Shown one piece after another: positions 18,813 through 26,742 of a stretch of DNA of 64,000 bases. Position 1 is the stretch's first letter. Every line of letters begins with the position of its first letter. The notes beneath the pieces were generated by a model. That model did no database searches, had not been told where the DNA came from, and saw nothing but the letters and a program-made list of their open reading frames with translations. The translations under genes and the position numbers were made by a program. Origin of the DNA: Myxococcota bacterium (GTDB taxonomy: Bacteria > Myxococcota_A > Bradymonadia > UBA7976 > UBA1532); the NCBI GenBank assembly GCA_036337435.1, contig JAYZEG010000037.1, positions 64,001-128,000 on the forward strand. Direction: 5' to 3'.

Positions 18813-19358
18813 ATGAAAATCCGGGCATCTCGTGGATTTACATTGATCGAAATGATGATCGTAGTGGCGATTTTAGGCATGCTCGCCGCCATTGCGATTC
18901 CAGCATTTCAAAAATATGTGCGACGCTCAAAAACGACCGAGGCCGTTATGAACTTGCGCAAGATGTTCGACGGTAGCGTAGTCTACTACGAACGAGAACA
19001 TTCAGACAGGCAAGGTGGCGTCATCGTTCCACAGTTTCCTGGCGTTGGCATGAATTACGGACCGGCTCCGGGGAACAATCCCTGCTGCGGCCAGGATGGT
19101 GACAAATGCGCACCAGATCCAGAGGCGTGGAAACATCCTGTTTGGCAGGGACTAAACTTCGCTGTCGATGACCCTCACTACTACTGGTATGCGTTCTTAT
19201 CTGCTGGCGTTGGACAGAACTCGTCGTTCACAGCACGGGCAATGGGCAATCTGAACTGTAACACCTCTTACTCAACATTCGAGCGTGTCGGTGGCGTGAC
19301 TCCGACGGGCGAAGTCCTCGGCGGCGCTGGCATCTTCTCGGTTCGCCCACTCGAATAG
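18813..19358 (+). CDS. Third type IV pilin, full-length paralog of pilA
   Basis: [24 protein letters not shown]. Aligns end to end with pilA (RSKT.EA.MN.RK.FD, WQ.LNFAV.DP, FTARA.G.LNC, STFER, GGAG.F). Start moved to ATG 18813 (SD GGAGGAG). Confidence 0.92.
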   Translation: MKIRASRGFTLIEMMIVVAILGMLAAIAIPAFQKYVRRSKTTEAVMNLRKMFDGSVVYYEREHSDRQGGVIVPQFPGVGMNYGPAPGNNPCCGQDGDKCAPDPEAWKHPVWQGLNFAVDDPHYYWYAFLSAGVGQNSSFTARAMGNLNCNTSYSTFERVGGVTPTGEVLGGAGIFSVRPLE

Positions 19359-19375
19359 TCCAACCCAAACGCAAT

Positions 19376-19402
19376 GTTCCAGTGCGTCGACCGCGCTGGA
19401 AC
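19376..19402 (+). terminator. Stem-loop after the third pilin (no U tract)
   Basis: GTTCCAGTGCG-TCGAC-CGCGCTGGAAC, 11-bp stem with one G-U pair. Confidence 0.45.
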
Positions 19403-19460
19403 GAGACCAAAAGGCTGCCACTGGTAGCCTGTTCGGTATCCATCATTGATAAACTCGGTT

Positions 19461-20450
19461 ATGACTCGGATTTGTTTCCTCATAGGAAGCCTGATTGGCC
19501 TACTCGGCTGTGGCACAGACTCGAACCGTGAGGGCCAGCAGACCTGGCAGCTCGCATTTGATGAGTCAAGTCTAGGTGCCTACCTCTGCGCCTGGGGGAC
19601 CGACGATGATGTCTGGGTGGTTGGCGGACAACCCAATTCGGGTGTCGTTTGGCACCAGAAAAACGGGCAGTGGTCTCGCGCATCGGTCCCCGAAGGACCA
19701 CTTTTGAATTGGACCCATGGTGTCGATGGTCACCAATGGATTGTTGGCAGCGCTGGTCGAATTTTATACAAGGCACCGAGCTCTGATGAGTGGTTGGTGG
19801 AGGACTCAGGCGTGTCAGCACCCCTCTGGGGTGTATGGGCAGCACACCCAAATCACGTATTCGCCGTGGGCGGCAATCCCATCGACACGGGTGACCCGGA
19901 CCCGATCATGTTGGAGCGAGTCAATGGCCGATGGCAGCGGATCGAGCTGCCCGAGACCGATCGAATTTTCAGAGCGTTATTCAAGGTCTGGGGCACGGCT
20001 GACGACAACGTCTACGCAGTCGGTGCCAAAGGGACCATATTGCACTTCGATGGGCGTCAATGGCGTCAGCAAAATTCGGGTACGGCCAGAGACATCATCA
20101 GTTTGTGGGGTCATCGGCCGGATCAAATATTAGCAGTAGGGGGCCGCGGCAACGGGATTATTTTACGCTTCGACGGTGAACAATGGACGCCGAAGGTCTT
20201 AGAGCAGGAGCCCGGGCTCAATGGGGTGTGGGTAGCAGCCGATGGGAATGCCACCGTCGTCGGCGAACGCGGTCGAATCCTCACGGTTGCGCTGGCCGAC
20301 CTGACTTATGGACGCCAAGAAAGCGCCCAGACCAGCCTACTTCATGGCGTATGGGGACATCCGAGCGGTTACCGAATCGCCGTCGGCGGCACCCTTGATC
20401 GGAATCCCCCCTGGCAGGGGTTTGCCATCGAAGTTCAAGGCACCGAGTAA
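19461..20450 (+). CDS. Beta-propeller lipoprotein (about 7 blades)
   Basis: Lipobox LLGC; seven repeats of L.GVWG....V.AVG..G.IL..DG..W. Confidence 0.8.
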   Translation: MTRICFLIGSLIGLLGCGTDSNREGQQTWQLAFDESSLGAYLCAWGTDDDVWVVGGQPNSGVVWHQKNGQWSRASVPEGPLLNWTHGVDGHQWIVGSAGRILYKAPSSDEWLVEDSGVSAPLWGVWAAHPNHVFAVGGNPIDTGDPDPIMLERVNGRWQRIELPETDRIFRALFKVWGTADDNVYAVGAKGTILHFDGRQWRQQNSGTARDIISLWGHRPDQILAVGGRGNGIILRFDGEQWTPKVLEQEPGLNGVWVAADGNATVVGERGRILTVALADLTYGRQESAQTSLLHGVWGHPSGYRIAVGGTLDRNPPWQGFAIEVQGTE

Positions 20451-20602
20451 GGATCGTCGTTTAATTCGTCTAGTCCCATACACGGACATGGGCCGTCGCC
20501 AAAGGCGGTCAACCGGCTCGTTCTTGGATTAAACTTATCTAGACTTCAACGGCGTTTATCGTTTAGATTGCCCGTTGGCCTATTGGCGGGAAAGGTCATT
20601 TC

Positions 20603-22963
20603 TTGAGACGTCTCCAAACCAATTGCTATTGGCTGGTCGTATTGCTGACGGTCAGCTGTGGTGACCCATCGGGCGAAACGGAGATTCCGGCGGCGGTCGG
20701 GATCTACGCCCCGCAAGGCGCAATTTTACCGGATGCGACGGAGACCCAAAGAGCCACCTTTATGCGCGGTGAAGACATCGTTCGCAAACGATTTACCCCC
20801 GATGACGGGCTGGGTCCTATTTTTAATGTCACTTTTTGCGGTGCGTGCCATGAAAAGCCGGTTTTTGGGGGGGCGGCTGGTCATTATCGGGATTTCATCC
20901 TTCATGGGCAGACAACATCCGATGGCAGCTTCATCCCGTCGGGCGATCGCAGCGGCATCTTGAGTTCGTATCGATGGCCGATCGACACCAAGAGACCGGC
21001 ACCCGATGCGACAGCAAACACAGCGGCAATTCGTAATCCAATCCCGTTTTTTGGGATCGGTCTCCTCGCAGAAATTCCCGAGGAGAGCATTCTGCAGCAC
21101 GCAGACCCCGACGATGCCGACGGCGATGGGATCAGTGGTCGGCCCAATTATGACCGAGGCTTCGTCGGACGATTTGGCACCAAATCACAAACCGTGAGCG
21201 TAGAAGGATTCATTCGAGGACCGATCTTTAATCATATTGGAATTACCACGGACCCACTCAGTGCAGATGCAAAGGCAAAACTGCCAGTTCCATCGGTTCT
21301 CGATGAGGACGACAGCCGAGTGGCCACCGTCAACAGCCCACTCGAGATTCAAAGATTCCATCAGGCGGCTGCACCCTCCGAACCATTAACCGATGACGAT
21401 GATATCCCAGACCCTGAAATGGATGAAGACACACTCTTTGCCCTCGTGAGTTGGGCTATGCTTTTGGCTGTGCCCCCACCAGATGAACCCACTGAACTCA
21501 CAGAGGCGGGTCTCGAAGAGTTCGAGTCTATCGGCTGTGCGAGCTGCCATGTACCCGGTTTGGAAGGTCCACGGGGCATGATCTTTCCCTACTCAGACCT
21601 CTTGCTCCACGATATGGGTCCAGAGCTTGCCGATGGCATCTCAATGGGCATAGCCACCGGCTCAGAATTTCGAACGGCACCCCTTTGGGGCATTACATCC
21701 GTGGGGCCGTATTTGCACGATGGCCGAGCCGATACATTGGACGAAGCCATTTCTCTACACGGCGGAGAAGCTGAGCGCAGCAGAGACCGGTATCTCGCAT
21801 TAGAGCCATCAAAAAAACAATCGATCATCGCATTTCTTGAGAGCCTGGGTGGTGCATCACAAAAGACCGCCGGTCTGATTCCACCCAATACACCGATCGC
21901 CGCTGTGGGCGAGCTTGGTGGCCCGCTCTACCCCTTAGCTGATGCCGAAAAAGATCAATTTTTGGCCGGTCGACACCTCTTCGACCGAGACGTTTATTTG
22001 AGGGAAGGTCTGGGACCGTACTTTAGCGGTGATAGCTGTCGCGGTTGTCACTTTGAACCAGTTGTTGGCGGTGCAGGTCCCTTGGGCGTCAATGGAACTC
22101 GATTTGGTTCCTATGACGAGAATGGAGACTTCGTGACACCGGCTGGAGGCACCGTGCTCGCAAAACTGGCCACGACGGGGCATAGCCGACCCGAGGCAAC
22201 AGCCGCCATGTTCACCGAGTCTCGCCAAACGCCGACGGTTCTTGGAGCGGGCATCCTCGACCGCGTCTCACCCGAGGCCATCCTCGCCAATGCAGATCCA
22301 ATGGATACAGACGGTGATGGAATCAGTGGCCGCGGACATATTTTTGTCGATGGACGGCTAGGCCGATTCGGATGGAAAGCGCAAATCCCATCCCTCATCG
22401 AATTCGTTCGAGACGCCGTCAGTGTGGAACTTGGATTGACCGTGCCGAGCCTCGTCTTACTCGATGACGATGGGCGCGATATCACCCCGGAATATACATT
22501 TGGCACTGCCACCGATTCCGACGCTGTTCCTGACCCAGAAGTTGATGCCGTCACTTTAGACAATTTGGTCTTCTACATTGGACAATTGGCACCACATCAG
22601 CCAAAAAAAGACGTCCCCAGTGGCAGACGCCTTTTTGAATTCATAGGATGCGCCCAATGCCATATCCCAACTTTGGTGGGTATGGAGGGCTCTGTCCCCG
22701 CCTATACGGACCTGCTACTTAACGATGTTCTCGGCGATGCAAAACAAGCGGTTCCTGACGGCGAGGCGATGCCAGGTGAATATAGGACACCGCCGCTTTG
22801 GGGTCTGTCGGACACAGCACCTTACATGCATGACGGCTCAGCGACGACGATCCATCAAGCAATACTTGAGCATGCGGGCGAAGCTCAAGGAACCGTCGAT
22901 CGCTATCGAGCTCTCTCAGAAGCAGAGCGTGCACCGCTCTTGGAATTTTTAGACAGTCTGTAG
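20603..22963 (+). CDS. Tandem di-heme oxidoreductase (DHOR-family) lipoprotein with four CxxCH motifs
   Basis: Lipobox LTVSC. Two copies of GLGP.F..C..CH / ADP.D.DGDGISGR / GRFG.K / GCA.CH.P / RT.PLWG / HDG.A; heme motifs CGACH, CASCH, CRGCH, CAQCH. Confidence 0.85.
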   Translation: MRRLQTNCYWLVVLLTVSCGDPSGETEIPAAVGIYAPQGAILPDATETQRATFMRGEDIVRKRFTPDDGLGPIFNVTFCGACHEKPVFGGAAGHYRDFILHGQTTSDGSFIPSGDRSGILSSYRWPIDTKRPAPDATANTAAIRNPIPFFGIGLLAEIPEESILQHADPDDADGDGISGRPNYDRGFVGRFGTKSQTVSVEGFIRGPIFNHIGITTDPLSADAKAKLPVPSVLDEDDSRVATVNSPLEIQRFHQAAAPSEPLTDDDDIPDPEMDEDTLFALVSWAMLLAVPPPDEPTELTEAGLEEFESIGCASCHVPGLEGPRGMIFPYSDLLLHDMGPELADGISMGIATGSEFRTAPLWGITSVGPYLHDGRADTLDEAISLHGGEAERSRDRYLALEPSKKQSIIAFLESLGGASQKTAGLIPPNTPIAAVGELGGPLYPLADAEKDQFLAGRHLFDRDVYLREGLGPYFSGDSCRGCHFEPVVGGAGPLGVNGTRFGSYDENGDFVTPAGGTVLAKLATTGHSRPEATAAMFTESRQTPTVLGAGILDRVSPEAILANADPMDTDGDGISGRGHIFVDGRLGRFGWKAQIPSLIEFVRDAVSVELGLTVPSLVLLDDDGRDITPEYTFGTATDSDAVPDPEVDAVTLDNLVFYIGQLAPHQPKKDVPSGRRLFEFIGCAQCHIPTLVGMEGSVPAYTDLLLNDVLGDAKQAVPDGEAMPGEYRTPPLWGLSDTAPYMHDGSATTIHQAILEHAGEAQGTVDRYRALSEAERAPLLEFLDSL

Positions 22964-23090
22964 CGATGCAACATCCGGCAATGGCAAGACCTGAGTTGTC
23001 CCAATGGCAGTGTGTGCCAGACCGTTTCGCTGAGGTTTTGAGGAGTCAGATGCTTTGGAAAACGAGGCACAGGGTCGTTGCGTGGCGTGC

Positions 23091-24122
23091 CTAATTGGCA
23101 ACACATGCATTGATTTCGGCACCACAATTTTGTTGCTGGCATTGCGGATCGTTTCCGATGCAATTTTCTTGGACGCAGTCGACAGCTGCTCTGTAAAGGT
23201 CGAAACTTGCGGGGCTACTCAATTGAACGCAGACATTAGCACAGGCCCTGTCGTCATCCTGACAGGCATTTAAGCAGACGAGTAGTTCATTGCATGTGCC
23301 TTGACCGATAGGCCGCACTTGTGGCCCAAGGCACCGTTCAGACTCAAGACGACAATTCTGATCGAGACACGCTTGGTCAAGCTGTCCAGCAGGCGTAATG
23401 CATTGATTTTCCCGCAGACAGCTGATCACAGCCTCAAAGCGTTGGTTTGCCTCCGGCGTGGCGTTGGCATAACATGCGTTCAAGCACGCTTGATCGCCCA
23501 TACAATCACCGAGGCACTGATTGAGTGCAATGCATTCAGCCACACCTTGCTCGTTCATTTCGGGCGGTTGCGCACCTTCGCAGAGCGCAGCGAAACCACC
23601 GTCATTATTGGCCAGGTCAAGTGTTGGGACGCAACTGTTAAATCCACACATGATGTCCGCGTACGGAGGCGTGTCGTTACACGTCCGCAAACATGATGTA
23701 ATCAAGGCTGGTCGATTGGCTTCATCAGTGACACATCCTCCAGCAAATGCACACTCTGCGACCCAACGACAGACCTCACCACAATTCTGACCGTTGTCGA
23801 CGCAATTGGGTGGTGCCGGTGCATCGACCATACCTGGCCCGGCTGCATCCGGAGGCCCAGAGTCAAAGGCCGTTGCCGCGTCGGTAAGGCCAGCATCGAC
23901 GTCCATCGCCCCATCCGTTTCTGGTGCCAAAGGCATCGAGTCGGCGATAGAACCGTCGCTTGCAAAGGCCATATCCGGAATGGAGAAGTCAGTGATGCGG
24001 GGCTGACTCGTCCCCATCATGTCTCGTTCCACACTCGGAATAATAACGTCCCCATTGTCATCCTCGGATTGGCAACCGAAGGCGGCTAAAACAGTGGCGA
24101 ACAGCAGAGTTTGGATGCGCAT
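23091..24122 (-). CDS. Cys-rich repeat lipoprotein (one distinct Cys domain plus two 10-Cys repeats)
   Basis: Lipobox AFGC, acidic D/M/A linker, C-terminal repeats homologous to those in 25038-26435. Start moved to ATG 24122. Confidence 0.75.
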   Translation of the reverse strand: MRIQTLLFATVLAAFGCQSEDDNGDVIIPSVERDMMGTSQPRITDFSIPDMAFASDGSIADSMPLAPETDGAMDVDAGLTDAATAFDSGPPDAAGPGMVDAPAPPNCVDNGQNCGEVCRWVAECAFAGGCVTDEANRPALITSCLRTCNDTPPYADIMCGFNSCVPTLDLANNDGGFAALCEGAQPPEMNEQGVAECIALNQCLGDCMGDQACLNACYANATPEANQRFEAVISCLRENQCITPAGQLDQACLDQNCRLESERCLGPQVRPIGQGTCNELLVCLNACQDDDRACANVCVQLSSPASFDLYRAAVDCVQENCIGNDPQCQQQNCGAEINACVAN

Positions 24123-24263
24123 AACTACCATCTCAAAAGTCATCGATAACGAGCGGACGATACAGGCAGAGACGGGGTCTACGCAAGCAACCCAAGATCG
24201 ATGCAATCAAAACTGCGTTAATGCTATAGGGAACTCGGTCAACAACCAGCGGACGGAGCTCCC

Positions 24264-25034
24264 TTGACTGATCATTATATAACGACCATCGAGGGAGCCG
24301 GCAACCCCGTCATCGTCTTCGATCGCGGCCAATACCGCTGCCTGCGCATGGCGGACAATCGAGCACTCATCCAGGGCTACCAGCATCGGTATAGACGCCT
24401 CGATTTTCGATCCGAATATCTTCATGGACATCTTGCTGCGACATTGGCTGTGACAAACCCAAGAAAAGCACTCTGCCTCGGTCTAGGTGTTGGCGCAATT
24501 CCACACCTGTTGAGTCATCTGTATCCGGACATACAGATCACAGCCGTCGAGTTAAATGAGACGGTCTATACGGCAGCCTCGACCTATTTTGATCTGAATC
24601 GTCTACACAACCTGCACGTTAATATTTCCTGTGCATCGAGATTCGTTGGTGCACATTTCCAAGACGACTACGATCTGATCTTTGTGGATTGTTACGATGC
24701 TGTTGGTATTCCAAGTGCCTGCAGTAACCGAGCGTATGTAACGAACGTGATGAGGCGTCTAGCCAACCATGGACTGGTCGTGATCAATCTGTTGCCCGGT
24801 CGACGGTTTGTGGACAAAATGTTCAGTCTTTGGCTTGACCATTCGACCGATGCGGTCGTTATGCCTGGCGTCCGCAAATCAAATCGGACCCTCATTTGCT
24901 CAAAGCAACCCCTTCCCAACCGTTCATCCATATTGAATCGGCTCGAGTCGGAGTTTTTTCCTCCATTGCCCTTCGACATGGGGCAACCGTGGAAGCGCAT
25001 GTCGAAAGCGGACCGCTACTTGGGGCAATGGTAG
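24264..25034 (+). CDS. Spermidine synthase-like class I SAM-dependent transferase
   Basis: LCLGLGVG, ITAVELN, YDLIFVDCY, L...GLVVIN. Confidence 0.8.
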   Translation: MTDHYITTIEGAGNPVIVFDRGQYRCLRMADNRALIQGYQHRYRRLDFRSEYLHGHLAATLAVTNPRKALCLGLGVGAIPHLLSHLYPDIQITAVELNETVYTAASTYFDLNRLHNLHVNISCASRFVGAHFQDDYDLIFVDCYDAVGIPSACSNRAYVTNVMRRLANHGLVVINLLPGRRFVDKMFSLWLDHSTDAVVMPGVRKSNRTLICSKQPLPNRSSILNRLESEFFPPLPFDMGQPWKRMSKADRYLGQW

Positions 25035-25037
25035 CGT

Positions 25038-26435
25038 TTAGGGATTGAAGCAAGTCTGAATTTCAAGCGCGCAATTTGATTGCTGACACTCCACATCGGC
25101 GGGCATGCACCCCGCGTTTTCCACGCACTCAATCGCTTCTTGAAGTTGTCGGAAACCAACTGGACTCGATGCTCGAATGCAGCTATCGACACAGGCTCGT
25201 TCATCCTGTTCGCAAGTCGCCAAGCAATCATTGAGCTGAGCGCATGTGGAATTTCCCATCGGCATCGCGGGTGGGCCCAAACATGCCTCTATTTGCATCT
25301 GACAGGCCGCTTGGCGACACTCAGCATCATCCGGCGGACAGTTCGATTCATTGATACAATCGACGGCAGCGACGAAGTCATCGTAGGCCATTGGCGATGA
25401 CCGCCCAATGCAATTGTTGACACAGAGTTGATCACCCTCTGCACAGTTGCCCAGGCATGCATTCAATTCATCGCATGTCATCATTCCCATGGGTGGGGGC
25501 GCAGCCGGACCAAAGCAAACTTCAAACTCCTCTGAACAGGCCATTCGCTGACAATCCCCGTCGCCATCGGCGCATCCTGATTCCGAAACGCAAGCGACGA
25601 CGGCCCTAAATTGATTATATCCAGTCTCACTCGCGCTCCGGTAGCAGCCATCAAAACAATCGGAGTCTCCTTCGGGGCATTCAGCCAAACATCGGTTCAA
25701 TTCGGCACAATCAACCTCACCAAGCGGCCGCACAACGGAGCCATAACAGGCAGCTAAGCTGCCCTCACAAACTCTCAAAACGCAGGCGAAGTCGCTGGCC
25801 TGACAATCAGCACTCTCGACACACATTTGAACCGTTAATAATTGGTCGTACCCCCGCTGGCTCGATGACGAAATACAGGTGTCGCGACAATCGAGGTCGC
25901 GTAATTCACAGTCTGACAAACAGTCGTCGAGTTGCTGGCAAGTCAAGTCGCCCATGGGCGGAGGCGGGTCGGGTGGGGGTGGTCCAATACATGCTTGCTG
26001 TTCGTCTGCACAATTCAGCGTCATACACATCTGGTCATAATTACCGCCAGGCCGTGCACAATCGTTCGCCGATGCGCAGACAAAGATTGCATCATACAGT
26101 GCAGAAGACGCCTCGGGTGCAGCCATCCGACAAGCAAGAGAGCAATCCGGGCTGCTACACTCAGAAAGGCACTGAGCTAAATCGCGGCACCCTGAGTCGC
26201 CCATTTCGAGAGCAGCATCGACCAAATCGGAGTCAACCAGGCCCGCGTCTTGATTGGTAGACGCAGGACTCACATCAGCCATTGGCGACTGAGTATCCAA
26301 GATGATTTGCGCACCCGCATCTCTTTCGATGGGCGGTGCTGTTTGAGTTTCGTCGATCTCAGCACCAGCACAGCCAACGATAGACCCGAGCACAAGCGCG
26401 CATGCGATGTGTCGAATTCCTCGGGTCTCAAACAT
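25038..26435 (-). CDS. Cys-rich repeat lipoprotein (five 10-Cys repeats)
   Basis: SD GGAGG, ATG 26435, lipobox IVGC, five ~78-aa repeats joined by Pro-rich P.G linkers. Confidence 0.8.
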   Translation of the reverse strand: MFETRGIRHIACALVLGSIVGCAGAEIDETQTAPPIERDAGAQIILDTQSPMADVSPASTNQDAGLVDSDLVDAALEMGDSGCRDLAQCLSECSSPDCSLACRMAAPEASSALYDAIFVCASANDCARPGGNYDQMCMTLNCADEQQACIGPPPPDPPPPMGDLTCQQLDDCLSDCELRDLDCRDTCISSSSQRGYDQLLTVQMCVESADCQASDFACVLRVCEGSLAACYGSVVRPLGEVDCAELNRCLAECPEGDSDCFDGCYRSASETGYNQFRAVVACVSESGCADGDGDCQRMACSEEFEVCFGPAAPPPMGMMTCDELNACLGNCAEGDQLCVNNCIGRSSPMAYDDFVAAVDCINESNCPPDDAECRQAACQMQIEACLGPPAMPMGNSTCAQLNDCLATCEQDERACVDSCIRASSPVGFRQLQEAIECVENAGCMPADVECQQSNCALEIQTCFNP

Positions 26436-26742
26436 CGAACCTCCAAAGCATAGGATTGACGGCTGTGACGTCCCCGGTCCACAGACGTACCAGTGTACCA
26501 AACCCACGTGAAAAAGACCCACCGATACTCGGCACATTCGAGCCCTCACCCGGCATAGCGGCCTGCCCGTGGGCAAATCAAGCGTGACCGAGGACGCCAG
26601 GTATTATCAAAATAGATTAAATTTCTTAAAAAAATCTGTCAGACATCGAGATAACGTCGACCGTCGTACGACAAGCATAGAAAAATGGGTCAAGTCGGTG
26701 GTAATAGGTGCGGCGGGAAGATACGGGGCTAAGGGGATTCGA

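Noticed and set aside
6920..19358. Pilin antigenic variation by silent cassettes or DNA inversion
   Set aside because: All three pilins have intact signal peptides and SD sites. The paralogs differ at most synonymous positions even in the conserved N-terminus, and no recombinase or long inverted repeat was seen.
20862..20873. T5G7 run in the DHOR gene, and an A8 run in the hydrolase near 61865, as phase-variation tracts
   Set aside because: The runs are short, the frames are intact, and such runs are expected by chance in 64 kb.
25038..26200. Cys-rich repeats as multiheme cytochrome, ferredoxin or CRISPR-like DNA repeats
   Set aside because: There is no CxxCH or CxxCxxC pattern, and the repeats are visible at protein level only, with diverged DNA.
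26569..26742. N-terminal extensions given by the ORF track (also for 35759, 49687, 60138, 60815, 63942, 5879, 8288, 18747)
   Set aside because: They overlap neighbouring genes or promoters. Family homology and SD sites begin at the downstream starts used here.
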